Assembly (NCBI GenBank): GCA_027339635.1
Contig: DAHWNZ010000003.1
Coordinates: 27,092-91,091 of the forward strand
Source: Candidatus Dormiibacterota bacterium
GTDB taxonomy: Bacteria > Chloroflexota > Dormibacteria > Aeolococcales > Bog-877
Length of the DNA: 64,000 bases
Direction of reading: 5' to 3'
Shown: one piece after another, positions 9,581 through 18,163 of the stretch
How the letters are laid out: the number at the start of each line of letters is the position of its first letter
Position numbering within the stretch: the first letter of the stretch is position 1
The notes under the pieces: model-generated
The model's database searches: none
The model's input: the letters and a program-made list of their open reading frames with translations, nothing else
Told to the model about the DNA's origin: nothing
Translations under genes and position numbers: made by a program

Positions 9581-10723
9581 ATGGCAGTGGAGATCGAGGT
9601 TGAGCGCGAGACCATCCGCCAGAGTGTCCGGGAGCTGGCCCGCGCACGGATCGCGCCGAGGGCGGCGGAGATCGACCGGTCGGGTGAGTTTCCCTGGGAC
9701 GTGGTCAAGCTCTTCCGAGACCAGGACACCTTCGCGGTTGCCTTTCCGCCTGAGTATGGAGGGGTCTCAGGTTCCGCTCTGACGCTCTCCCAGGTCATCG
9801 AAGAGGTGGCCAGTGTCTGCGCCACCTCCGCTCTGCTGCTTGCGGTTCAGGCGCTTGGCGGCTACCCAATTCTGCTGGGCGGCTCGGAGGAGCAGAAGCA
9901 GAGGTATCTGCCCGAGCTGGCCAGCGGGCGCAAGATCGCCGCCTACGCCCTGAGCGAGCCCGACGCCGGCAGCGATGCCGGTTCGATGCGCACCAGAGCC
10001 CGCCGAGAGGGCGACGACTACGTGCTCGACGGGACCAAGATGTGGATAACCAATGGCGGGGTGGCCGACTGGATCGTGGTTTTCGCCAGCACGGACCCGC
10101 AGGCGGGGACCCGCGGCATCTCCGCATTTTTGGTGGATGGGGACTCCCCGGGGCTGGAGCGGCGCGAGATTCATGGCAAGCTCGGCATCAGAGGCAGCAA
10201 CACCGCTGAGCTCATCTTCTCCTCCTGCCGCGTCCCCGCCTCGCGCCGCCTTGGGCGGGAAGGTGAGGGGTTCAAGATCGCCATGGGAGTGCTGGACCGT
10301 TCGCGTCCCCAGATTGGCTCGCAGGCTCTGGGCATCGGCGCGGGAGCGCTCGAATACGCCCTCAGTTACGCCCGCCAGCGTCACCAGTTCGGGCGCGCCA
10401 TCGCTGAGTTCCAGGGGATGCAGTTCATGCTGGCGGACATGGGCGCCCAGATGGAGGCGGCCCGCTGCCTGGTGCACGAGGCCTGCCGGGCGGTGGACGC
10501 CAGGGACCCGCGCATGACCGAGCTCGCCGCGATGGCCAAGCTGGTTGCCTCCGATGCTGCCATGAAGGTCACGACCGACGCGGTGCAGGTTCTGGGTGGG
10601 TACGGCTATGTGAACGAGTTCCCCGTCGAGCGCATGATGCGCGATGCCAAGATCACCCAGATTTACGAGGGGACCAACCAGATCCAGCGGCTGGTGATCG
10701 CCAAGCGGCTGCTGTCCCGGTGA
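9581..10723 (+). CDS. acyl-CoA dehydrogenase (short/butyryl-CoA dehydrogenase-like)
   Basis: ATG at 9581 (MAVEIEVERETIRQSV) with GGAGG 8 nt upstream gives 380 aa; the track ORF from 9467 looks over-extended. Motifs ALSEPDAGSDAGSMRTRA and YEGTNQIQRLVIAKRLL. Confidence 0.9.
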   Translation: MAVEIEVERETIRQSVRELARARIAPRAAEIDRSGEFPWDVVKLFRDQDTFAVAFPPEYGGVSGSALTLSQVIEEVASVCATSALLLAVQALGGYPILLGGSEEQKQRYLPELASGRKIAAYALSEPDAGSDAGSMRTRARREGDDYVLDGTKMWITNGGVADWIVVFASTDPQAGTRGISAFLVDGDSPGLERREIHGKLGIRGSNTAELIFSSCRVPASRRLGREGEGFKIAMGVLDRSRPQIGSQALGIGAGALEYALSYARQRHQFGRAIAEFQGMQFMLADMGAQMEAARCLVHEACRAVDARDPRMTELAAMAKLVASDAAMKVTTDAVQVLGGYGYVNEFPVERMMRDAKITQIYEGTNQIQRLVIAKRLLSR

Positions 10724-10781
10724 GTCGCTGCGGAGCAGCGGCGTGCCAGGCCGGGTATGTCCTTGACGGACGGGTCGACAG

Positions 10782-11003
10782 GTGAGTGACGCCCCGCCAT
10801 CCCTGGGACCCGACGAGATGGCTCGGGTCCTGTACCAGGCGCTGGCCGGTGCGGGCCACGCCGCGTATTGTTCCGCCGGTCTGGGACCCCTGTACGACGA
10901 GGAGGAGCGGCGCTGGGGCCGGTCGTCATCACACTGCACCTGCGGCAGGGACATGGCTCTGGTCATGTACGAGCAGTGGCGTCCCCGTGGTGCGCGGAAG
11001 TAG
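10782..11003 (+). CDS. small hypothetical protein (73 aa, His/Cys cluster SSHCTCG)
   Basis: ORF only, with G/C-rich third codon positions. No recognisable family. Confidence 0.35.
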   Translation: MSDAPPSLGPDEMARVLYQALAGAGHAAYCSAGLGPLYDEEERRWGRSSSHCTCGRDMALVMYEQWRPRGARK

Positions 11004-11016
11004 GAGTCGGCTCGGC

Positions 11017-12120
11017 TCAGACCGCCAGGATCAGCAGCCAGTCGTCGGCGCCGAGGATCGGGTCCTCCTCCACGCCCAGCGCCACCTTGCCTGATACCAC
11101 CGCTCCCAGGACCAGCTGATCCGCCTCGCTCCTCACCGTGTTCAGCCGCTGACCATGCCAGCGAGCCTCAACCTTGATCTCGCTCAACCGATAGCGGTCG
11201 TTCCCCAGCATCTGCAGGAGAAGGTCAGGCGCGTGGGGGGTCTCCAGACTCTTGGCCAGGGCATGCCCCACAAGTTCGTCGACCGCCAGGGTGCGATCGA
11301 CCCCAAGGTCGTGGAGGGCGGTGGCCACGTCAGGGGACGAGACCACCGCCAGCAGGGGCAACTCCGGGGCCAGCTTGCGCAAGATGACCGCGATAATGAG
11401 GGCCTGGCTGTCGTTTGAGGTCGCCAGCAGGGCCTCCTTCGCACGGTGCGGCTGACTGCGGGCGATCACGGACTCGCTGGCCGGATCGCCGCTGATCAGG
11501 TGCACCCCCTCCGGAGTGTGACCCGCCGCGTCGCTGGAATCCTGCACCAGAACCACGGGCACAGCCCGCTCCCGCAGGTCCAATACGACCCGGGCCACGA
11601 GCGAATGCCCGCCGAAAATTAGGGTGTAGGGCTGCTTCGGCAGGGCGCGTTCCATTCCCAGCAGCCTACCAAGCTGTTTGGAGGTGGCCGTTGCCGTGAT
11701 GACCGCGAAGACCCCGGCGAACAGGGGGATGGCGGTCACCATCTCGCCCACCGCGATGACCCGGCCGATGGTGTTGTGGGGCGTCACGTCGCCGTACCCG
11801 ACCGTGGTGGCGGTCGTGAAGGCCCAGTACAGCCCGATGCCGAACGAGACGTGTTCGGCCAAGGAGAAGAGAACCGCTCCAACCACTATCGAAAGCACGG
11901 CCATGGCCAGCAGCACGGCTGCCTGGGTGCCGCTCAGACGGTGAACCAGGCGGGTCAGAAACAATGGCACCTGGTCAACGTACCAGGGCGGGGCTCGGAG
12001 ACTCAGGAGAACTTCCCCCAGCGCTCCCGGCACCCTGGGCTCGCCGTAACCCCCACCCGGCCTTTCCCCGGGTGGGGCTGTTCCATACTGACTCCGCACC
12101 GCCGGATGGGCCGTGGGCAT
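11017..12120 (-). CDS. potassium channel protein with RCK/TrkA domains
   Basis: K+ selectivity filter TTATTVGYGDVTP between two TM helices. This is followed by a Rossmann-like TrkA-N segment (YTLIFGGHSLVARVVLDLRERAVPVVLVQDS) and a TrkA-C-like end. The exact start is uncertain. Confidence 0.88.
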   Translation of the reverse strand: MPTAHPAVRSQYGTAPPGERPGGGYGEPRVPGALGEVLLSLRAPPWYVDQVPLFLTRLVHRLSGTQAAVLLAMAVLSIVVGAVLFSLAEHVSFGIGLYWAFTTATTVGYGDVTPHNTIGRVIAVGEMVTAIPLFAGVFAVITATATSKQLGRLLGMERALPKQPYTLIFGGHSLVARVVLDLRERAVPVVLVQDSSDAAGHTPEGVHLISGDPASESVIARSQPHRAKEALLATSNDSQALIIAVILRKLAPELPLLAVVSSPDVATALHDLGVDRTLAVDELVGHALAKSLETPHAPDLLLQMLGNDRYRLSEIKVEARWHGQRLNTVRSEADQLVLGAVVSGKVALGVEEDPILGADDWLLILAV

Positions 12121-12208
12121 CGACCCAAGACCCGGGCGGCGACGCCAGGGCCGACGATGGCGGGCTGCAAGCGAGCGGCACCGCTCCTGCCCCCTCTACC
12201 ATGAATTC

Positions 12209-13222
12209 GTGATCCCAATTGACAAGGACGCCCTGCTTGGCGGCGACATCCGTTCGTTGGCCCGCGCTATCTCACTGATCGAACGGGGCGGTGACGGGGT
12301 AGGTGGGCTGCTGGACGAACTGTGGCAGGCGCGTCCCGACCAGGGGATGCGAGCCTCTCAGGTGGTCGGGCTAACGGGGCCGCCGGGATCGGGTAAGAGC
12401 ACCATGGCCGACGCCTTGATCCGGCACTGGAGGGACGAGGGGCGGCGGGTGGCGGTTCTGGCCGTCGACCCCAACAGCCCCTTCACGGGTGGTGCGATCC
12501 TCGGCGACAGGGTTCGGATGCAGCGTCACGCCCTCGACCAGGGGGTCTTCATCCGCAGCATGGGCGCACGCGGACACCTCGGCGGCGTCTCTCTGGCCAC
12601 ACGGGGCGCGGTTCGGCTCCTGGATGCATTGGGTTGGGAGATGGTTCTGGTGGAGACCGTGGGCGTGGGTCAGTCGGAGCTAGAGATCTGCGAGATCGCC
12701 GATACGGTGGTGGTGGTGACCACTCCTGGTGCCGGTGACGGGGTCCAGGTGATCAAGGCGGGGGTGACGGAGATCGCGGACGTCTTCGCCGTGAACAAGG
12801 CTGACCTTCCGGGGGTCGACCGGGTGGCCCGCGAACTGCGGGACATGATCCGTCTCGCCCAAGCCCGGGAGGGGTGGAAGCCGGCCGTGGTCTTGACGAC
12901 TGCCACCAACGGCGCGGACGGCGTGCGTGATCTGGCCCGAATGATCGACGAGCACCACGGCCAGATTGAACGGTCAGGCGAGTTGCGAAGGCGGGCGGCG
13001 GTGCGCCTCCGGGAGGAGGTGGTGGAACTCGTGGCTCTGAGGGCTGGGGAGTTCACCCGCAGCCAGTTCTCTGCGGAGCAGGGTCCGCCGGGCTCAGAGG
13101 ATCCGCGCCGCGCCGACCCGACCAGGTTGGCGGAGACCATTTTCGACCGGCTCACCAGTTCTAAGCGCAATATGGAGGGATCGGCGGCCGAGCTCACGGC
13201 CGCGTCGCGGAGGGACTTGTGA
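12209..13222 (+). CDS. meaB: methylmalonyl-CoA mutase-associated G-protein chaperone MeaB/ArgK
   Basis: P-loop GLTGPPGSGKSTMADAL, then VAVLAVDPNSPFTGGAILGDRVRM, VLVETVGVGQSE and FAVNKADL. I chose GTG 12209 (VIPIDKDALL), giving 337 aa; the track ORF from 12113 overlaps the divergent channel gene. The stop overlaps the mutase start (GTGATG, 13219-13224). Confidence 0.9.
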   Translation: MIPIDKDALLGGDIRSLARAISLIERGGDGVGGLLDELWQARPDQGMRASQVVGLTGPPGSGKSTMADALIRHWRDEGRRVAVLAVDPNSPFTGGAILGDRVRMQRHALDQGVFIRSMGARGHLGGVSLATRGAVRLLDALGWEMVLVETVGVGQSELEICEIADTVVVVTTPGAGDGVQVIKAGVTEIADVFAVNKADLPGVDRVARELRDMIRLAQAREGWKPAVVLTTATNGADGVRDLARMIDEHHGQIERSGELRRRAAVRLREEVVELVALRAGEFTRSQFSAEQGPPGSEDPRRADPTRLAETIFDRLTSSKRNMEGSAAELTAASRRDL

Positions 13223-14910
13223 TGCTCGAGCAGGTGCAGACGACTCAGGTGGATGACGAGGCGGCACTCGAGCGCTGGGCCAAGAGGTACCGGGCCTCCC
13301 GGGAGCGCGCGGGCCGGACCGGCTTCATGCCTTTGCCGGAGACCCTCTCAGGGTTGCCGGTGGAGCCGCTCTACACCCCCCGGTCGTTGCGGGGGCATGA
13401 CTATGGCTCCGAGATCGGGTATCCCGGAGAGTTCCCCTACACCAGAGGGGTCTACCCCTCTATGTACCGGGACAAGGTCTTCACCATGCGCCAGTTCGCC
13501 GGCTTCGGAACGGCTGCGGAGACCAATCAGCGCTACCGCTTCCTCCTGGATCAGGGGCAGACCGGGCTCTCGGTCGCCTTCGACATGCCGACCCTGATGG
13601 GCCGCGACTCCGACGACCCCCTGGGCGAGGGCGAGGTCGGACGCTGCGGGGTGGCCATCGACTCCCTGGAGGACATGGACCGGTTGTTCCAGGGGATAGA
13701 CCTCGGTCAGGTGACCACGTCGATGACAATCAACTCCCCGGCCGCGATCCTGCTCGCCATGTACGTGGCGGTGGCGGAGCGCCAGGGGGTTCCCGCCGAC
13801 CGTCTCGGAGGGACCCTCCAGAACGACATCCTGAAGGAGTACATCGCCCAGAAGGAGTACATCTATCCGCCGGGGCCGAGCCTGCGACTCGTGACCGATG
13901 TGATCTCGTTCTGCAGTAGCAACATCCCTCGCTGGCATCCTGTGAGCATCTCCGGCTACCACATTCGCGAAGCCGGCTCGACGGCGGTGCAGGAACTCGC
14001 GTTCACCTTGGCGGATGGGTTCGCCTATGTTGAGGCCGGGATCGCGGCCGGTCTCGACGTGGACTCGTTCGCCCCCCAGCTGAGCTTCTTCTTCAACAGT
14101 CACATCGACTTCTTTGAGGAGGTGGCCAAGTACCGGGCCGCGCGCCGGATCTGGGCGCGCCGGCTGCGCGACCGCTACCAAGCCAGGGACCAGCGTTCCT
14201 GGCTGATGAGGTTCCACACTCAGACCGCGGGTTGCTCTTTGACCGCCCAGCAGGTGGAGAACAACGTGGCCCGAACGGCTCTGGAGGCGCTGGCCGCAGT
14301 CCTCGGGGGAACTCAATCCCTGCACACCAATGCCATGGACGAGGTGCTGGCCCTGCCGACCGCCAAGGCCGCTCGAATAGCTCTTCGGACGCAGCAGATA
14401 ATCGCCTACGAGACCGGCGTCACCACCACCATAGACCCCCTCGGCGGCTCCTATTTCGTGGAGGATCTCACCAATCGCATGGAGGCGGAGGCGGAGAGGT
14501 ACTTCGAGGAGATCGACCGGCGCGGAGGCGTACTCGCCTGCATCGAGGAGGGCTTCTTCCAGCGCGAGATAGCGGACGCGGCCTTCCGATATCAGCAGGA
14601 GTTGGACGCGGGCGAGCGGATCGTGGTGGGGGTCAATGCCTACCAGGCCGGGGACGACGCGCCGCCGCCGCTGCTGCGCATCGACCAGACCGCCGAGGGT
14701 GAGCAGAAGGGGGAGCTTGAGGCGCTGCGTCGGCGCCGAGACGGGCAGGGTGTGGGGACTACGCTCGACGCGCTCAGAGCCGCCGCGGCCGGGGACACCA
14801 ACCTGATGCTGCCGATTCTTGATTGCGTGCGCGCTCTCTGCACCGAGGGAGAGATCGTCCAGGCGATGCAGGACGTCTTCGGGACCTATCGGGAGTCGCC
14901 GACCTTCTGA
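13219..14910 (+). CDS. methylmalonyl-CoA mutase, large (catalytic TIM-barrel) subunit of a split enzyme
   Basis: 563 aa with GEFPYTRGVYPSMYR, FTMRQFAGFGTAAETNQRYRFLLDQGQTGLSVAFDMPT and SISGYHIREAGSTAVQELAFTLA. It ends before any B12-binding domain, which is encoded separately at 25884-26300. Confidence 0.93.
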   Translation: MMLEQVQTTQVDDEAALERWAKRYRASRERAGRTGFMPLPETLSGLPVEPLYTPRSLRGHDYGSEIGYPGEFPYTRGVYPSMYRDKVFTMRQFAGFGTAAETNQRYRFLLDQGQTGLSVAFDMPTLMGRDSDDPLGEGEVGRCGVAIDSLEDMDRLFQGIDLGQVTTSMTINSPAAILLAMYVAVAERQGVPADRLGGTLQNDILKEYIAQKEYIYPPGPSLRLVTDVISFCSSNIPRWHPVSISGYHIREAGSTAVQELAFTLADGFAYVEAGIAAGLDVDSFAPQLSFFFNSHIDFFEEVAKYRAARRIWARRLRDRYQARDQRSWLMRFHTQTAGCSLTAQQVENNVARTALEALAAVLGGTQSLHTNAMDEVLALPTAKAARIALRTQQIIAYETGVTTTIDPLGGSYFVEDLTNRMEAEAERYFEEIDRRGGVLACIEEGFFQREIADAAFRYQQELDAGERIVVGVNAYQAGDDAPPPLLRIDQTAEGEQKGELEALRRRRDGQGVGTTLDALRAAAAGDTNLMLPILDCVRALCTEGEIVQAMQDVFGTYRESPTF

Positions 14911-14924
14911 GCTCTCCCGAGTTG

Positions 14925-15434
14925 TCAGCTCCTGGCGTTGAAACGCTTCAGCCAGGCCTCGGTGTCGCGGCTGGACGGTGACGGCTTCTCCGAAGCGGCC
15001 CCGTGCGGTCGGGGTGTCGCCTGAGGATTGGGCCGTCCCGGCTCGAGAAGGCGGAGGAGTTCCAGGGCTCCCATGGTTGTCGCACCCAGGGCCCGCGCGG
15101 CATCCCGCAGGGCTCGATCACTGGTCACCAAGGCAATTCCCCCGGACTTGCCTCGGTGGGCGATCAGCTCCAGGATCCGGTCGTCCGCGCTCTTGCCGAC
15201 GTTGGGGTGGAGCACCAGCGTTCCGCGCGCGCTGGTGGGGCCGCCCGGGCTGGGCGGTCCGTCGAAGACCAGTACCACTTCCCTGTGCAGCGCCATCAGC
15301 CTCGACTCCAGGATGGCCGCGTGGAGAACCGTCTGCGCACGCGCGAACTCCTGCCGCAGCATGTATGGTCGGCTCTTGGGCCATGCCCATATGACATTGG
15401 TCCCGTCGACGACCAGCAGGGTGGCCGGGCGCAT
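14925..15434 (-). CDS. NYN-domain (YacP/Rae1-like) putative ribonuclease
   Basis: 169 aa with LLVVDGTNVIWAW, VVLVFDGPP, GKSADDRILELI and IALVTSDRALRDAA. This is the acidic-residue pattern of YacP-type NYN/PIN-like nucleases. Confidence 0.75.
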   Translation of the reverse strand: MRPATLLVVDGTNVIWAWPKSRPYMLRQEFARAQTVLHAAILESRLMALHREVVLVFDGPPSPGGPTSARGTLVLHPNVGKSADDRILELIAHRGKSGGIALVTSDRALRDAARALGATTMGALELLRLLEPGRPNPQATPRPHGAASEKPSPSSRDTEAWLKRFNARS

Positions 15435-15440
15435 CGCCGC

Positions 15441-16301
15441 CTAGGTCCTGGTGGTCCGAGCGAGGGGGGGCAGGGGGTCCTGGCGGTGATCCAGGGCGTG
15501 AGCCAACAGCCCACCCGCCTGCGACTCGGCCAGCGACTCCAGGCGGGGTTGGAGCTTGCCACGAACCGAGCCCGCACCGAACCTGGCACCGGCCAGCGCA
15601 CCTGTCAGAACGAGCGCCTGATCTCCGGGAAGTGTCCTCGAGGCGGCTTGCGCAATCGCTTCGTCCCAGCTCTGTGCCGTGCTCAGGGAGTGGACCGCCG
15701 CCTGGACGACTGCCGCGGCATCCTCTCCGCCAGGGACCGCCTGCCCGAACTCGAGAGGACGCAGGGTCCGAATCACGGACTCGGGGGCGTCCTCTCGCAG
15801 AGCCTGAGTGGTGCGGGCCAGGCTGAGCTCCAGGTCGCCGTTGATGAGCAGATCCTGGGCGAGGCGCGCCACGGCGAAGCCCAAGAGTAAGGAGACCGGG
15901 TCTCGATGGGTCGTCATCACAGCCCTTCTCGTCCATGTCCGCAACATCAAACCCCGGCCGATCGTGGCGACGGCTATGGGCAGCGAACGAAGCAGAGGCG
16001 GATCAACGCTCGGTCTGAGACAGGTGCTGGCAGCCATCTGCAGCGCCATTCCCGGTCCATGACCGGATCTGCGCAGGCCCAGGACCACGGCCGTTTGGGA
16101 GGGCTGTTCACCACCACTGGGCGGCAGGCATCTCAACCAGGCGGTCACCAAATCCTCCGCGCCGATGGTCCCGGTTTTCAAGATCGTGTCGACCACGCCC
16201 GGGATCAGGAGGGGTTCGATCTTCAGGGCATCGGATGGGCGCTGGGACATTGCCCTGCCGAGTTCCAAACCCAGACACAGCCCGATGGCCCGGTCTGCCA
16301 T
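15441..16301 (-). CDS. ADP-ribosylglycohydrolase-fold protein with a degenerate metal site
   Basis: ARH-like N-terminal glycine motif (DRAIGLCLGLELGRAMS) and C-terminal motif (LPGDQALVLTGALAGARFGAGSV). The canonical GDAxG and GGDTDT acidic residues are largely replaced. I preferred ATG 16301 (MADRAIG..) over the ORF start at 16331. The stop lies 6 nt before the NYN gene start. Confidence 0.65.
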   Translation of the reverse strand: MADRAIGLCLGLELGRAMSQRPSDALKIEPLLIPGVVDTILKTGTIGAEDLVTAWLRCLPPSGGEQPSQTAVVLGLRRSGHGPGMALQMAASTCLRPSVDPPLLRSLPIAVATIGRGLMLRTWTRRAVMTTHRDPVSLLLGFAVARLAQDLLINGDLELSLARTTQALREDAPESVIRTLRPLEFGQAVPGGEDAAAVVQAAVHSLSTAQSWDEAIAQAASRTLPGDQALVLTGALAGARFGAGSVRGKLQPRLESLAESQAGGLLAHALDHRQDPLPPLARTTRT

Positions 16302-16548
16302 CGTCTCCTCAGGCGGAAGGGATGGAATCACCAGACGATTATTGACCGCCGGGCGGGAAGGGGGGCGTGAAGCATTGCGGCTGCGAGAGAGATTGAGCCG
16401 CCACTCGACCGGAGCGGACCCCTACCCGGGTGCCGTCTTGTCAACCACACTCGCTGCCCACGAGCTCGAGGTAGGGTGCAGACCTACCCGGCTCGCCGCC
16501 GGGTGGGTCGCGGTGCGGGCGACGCCACCCGGGTCGGCTAGATCACGC

Positions 16549-16577
16549 TTGACAAGTTGTGCGCCACAACTTATGCT
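16549..16577 (+). promoter_or_regulatory. sigma-70/SigA-type promoter upstream of the sugar ABC operon
   Basis: TTGACA (16549-16554), a 17-nt spacer, then TATGCT (16572-16577), located 200 nt upstream of the binding-protein ATG. Confidence 0.5.
16554..16572. promoter_or_regulatory. perfect palindromic operator inside the promoter spacer (candidate site for the ROK regulator)
   Basis: AAGTTGTG-cgc-CACAACTT: 8-bp perfect arms filling the -35/-10 spacer. Confidence 0.45.
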
Positions 16578-16604
16578 GCCGCGGATCGCTGGCTGCGGAG
16601 CCGT

Positions 16605-16655
16605 CCCGGCCAGGGGTGCGGCGGTCTCGGCAGGGGCAGATCGCCCCTGGCCGGG
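16605..16655 (+). other. strong stem-loop in the 5' leader of the sugar ABC operon
   Basis: CCCGGCCAGGGG (16605-16616) pairs perfectly with CCCCTGGCCGGG (16644-16655), leaving a 27-nt loop. Its function is unknown. Confidence 0.4.
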
Positions 16656-16776
16656 CCAGCGGTGGCAGGTGGAGGCAGCAGGAGGGTAGGGCCCGGCAGC
16701 AAGTACTCGGAGGGTAGTTGAGGCGCACGAACGGCGGCAGACACTCGAAATTTGCAGAAGTCTGGAGGGACTCGAA

Positions 16777-18066
16777 ATGGCAGTAGGCGGCGGCACGGCA
16801 AGAGGCAGCACCAGCGCCTCGGAAAGGCGTTTCTACCACGTCAAGCGCACCGGTTGGGCGGGCTTGATCGCGGCCGTGGCCCTGGTGGCCGCAGCCTGTG
16901 GCTCGACCGCATCCACGGGCAAGACTTCGTCGAGTGGGGTGAAGGTGCCCAACATATCGGTCAAGTCCTTCAACCTCAGCTTCTCCACGATGTCCGAGCT
17001 GAAGGGGTTGGAGAAGGCTGGCAAGGGGCTGGTGGGAGCGATCCTGCCCGACACCACCTCGTCCACACGCTACACCGAGTTCGACGCCCCCTACCTCAAG
17101 GAGGCATTCCAGAAGGCCGGGTACCCCGCCTCTGACTTCAACATCACCAACGCCCAGGGAAGTGACGCGACCGAGCTTTCGATGGCCGAGTCGGATATAA
17201 CCAGAGGGGCTAAGGTGCTGATCATGGACCCCCTGGATGGGACCGTGGCCAGTGAGATCCAGGCCTACGCCTCCTCGCACGGGGTCGCTCTGATCAGCTA
17301 CGACCGGGCCACCTTTGCGGGCACCAACACCTACTACGTCAGCTTCAACAACTTCAAGGTCGGACAGTTGATCGGTCAGGGATTCGAGGCCTGCGTGACC
17401 AAGTGGGGCGTCAAGAGCCCGCAGGTCTGGGAGGTCGACGGAGGCGAGAACAGCGACCCCAACGCGATCTCGTTCGCGCAGGGCTACAACTCGGTTATCT
17501 GGGGAACCAAGACCACTCCGCTGACCCCGCCCAAGACCAACAGCCTCGGTTACAACCTGGTCGGCGACCAGATCACCCTCAACTGGGACGTGGCGACCGC
17601 GGGCACCAACTTCGCTCAGGCTCTGACCGCTCACCCCAACATCAATGCGGTGGTGGTAGCCAACGACGAGATGAACGCCAACGTTGTCCAGGACCTCAAG
17701 AACAAGGGCGTTAAGCCGTTCACGATCCCCACCACCGGCCAGGACGCGACCCTGGTGGGAGCGGAGAACATTCTCGACGGCTACCAGTGCGGGACCGTCT
17801 ACAAGCCGATCTACCTCGAGGCTCAGGACGCGGTTGCCCTGGCCACCATCCTGCGGGCGGGCAAGACCCCGCCTGCGGCACTGGTCAACTCGACCACGGT
17901 CGACCCCGCCAGCTCCAGCATCACCGAGCCAGCTTCCCTGCTGACCCCGGAGTGGGTGACTCCCTCGAACATGGAGTCAACCCTGATCAAGGACCAGTTC
18001 ATCCCCGCGAGCCAGCTCTGTTCGGCGGTTGGCCAGAGCGTTTGTAGCAAGTACGGTATTAGCTGA
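16777..18066 (+). CDS. sugar ABC transporter substrate-binding lipoprotein (periplasmic-binding-protein type I, xylose/ribose class)
   Basis: 429 aa with GGAGGG 8 nt upstream of the ATG. Signal peptide plus lipobox LIAAVALVAAAC-GS. PBP-like body (KVLIMDPLDG.., VALISYDR, INAVVVANDEMNANVVQDLK). Confidence 0.85.
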   Translation: MAVGGGTARGSTSASERRFYHVKRTGWAGLIAAVALVAAACGSTASTGKTSSSGVKVPNISVKSFNLSFSTMSELKGLEKAGKGLVGAILPDTTSSTRYTEFDAPYLKEAFQKAGYPASDFNITNAQGSDATELSMAESDITRGAKVLIMDPLDGTVASEIQAYASSHGVALISYDRATFAGTNTYYVSFNNFKVGQLIGQGFEACVTKWGVKSPQVWEVDGGENSDPNAISFAQGYNSVIWGTKTTPLTPPKTNSLGYNLVGDQITLNWDVATAGTNFAQALTAHPNINAVVVANDEMNANVVQDLKNKGVKPFTIPTTGQDATLVGAENILDGYQCGTVYKPIYLEAQDAVALATILRAGKTPPAALVNSTTVDPASSSITEPASLLTPEWVTPSNMESTLIKDQFIPASQLCSAVGQSVCSKYGIS

Positions 18067-18091
18067 TCAGCCGTAGCTGACATTTCGGGAC

Positions 18092-18124
18092 CCCGGGGGC
18101 TGCGCCAGGTGGTCAGCCCCCGGG
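18092..18124 (+). other. intercistronic stem-loop between the binding-protein and ATPase genes
   Basis: CCCGGGGGCTG (18092-18102) and CAGCCCCCGGG (18114-18124) form an 11-bp perfect stem with no U-tract. This resembles the mRNA-stabilising or attenuating hairpins often found after ABC binding-protein genes. Confidence 0.5.
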
Positions 18125-18163
18125 TACCGATGGCGGAAGGTCTCAGGGAGAGGTAGGCATTCG

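Noticed and set aside
12121-12208. A cobalamin riboswitch upstream of meaB/mutase or upstream of the B12-domain gene (25855-25883).
   Set aside because: The regions are only 88 nt and 29 nt long, and I see no B12-box-like core. No other riboswitch, RNase P, SRP, tmRNA or 6S signature was recognised anywhere in the window by eye. An Infernal scan would be decisive.
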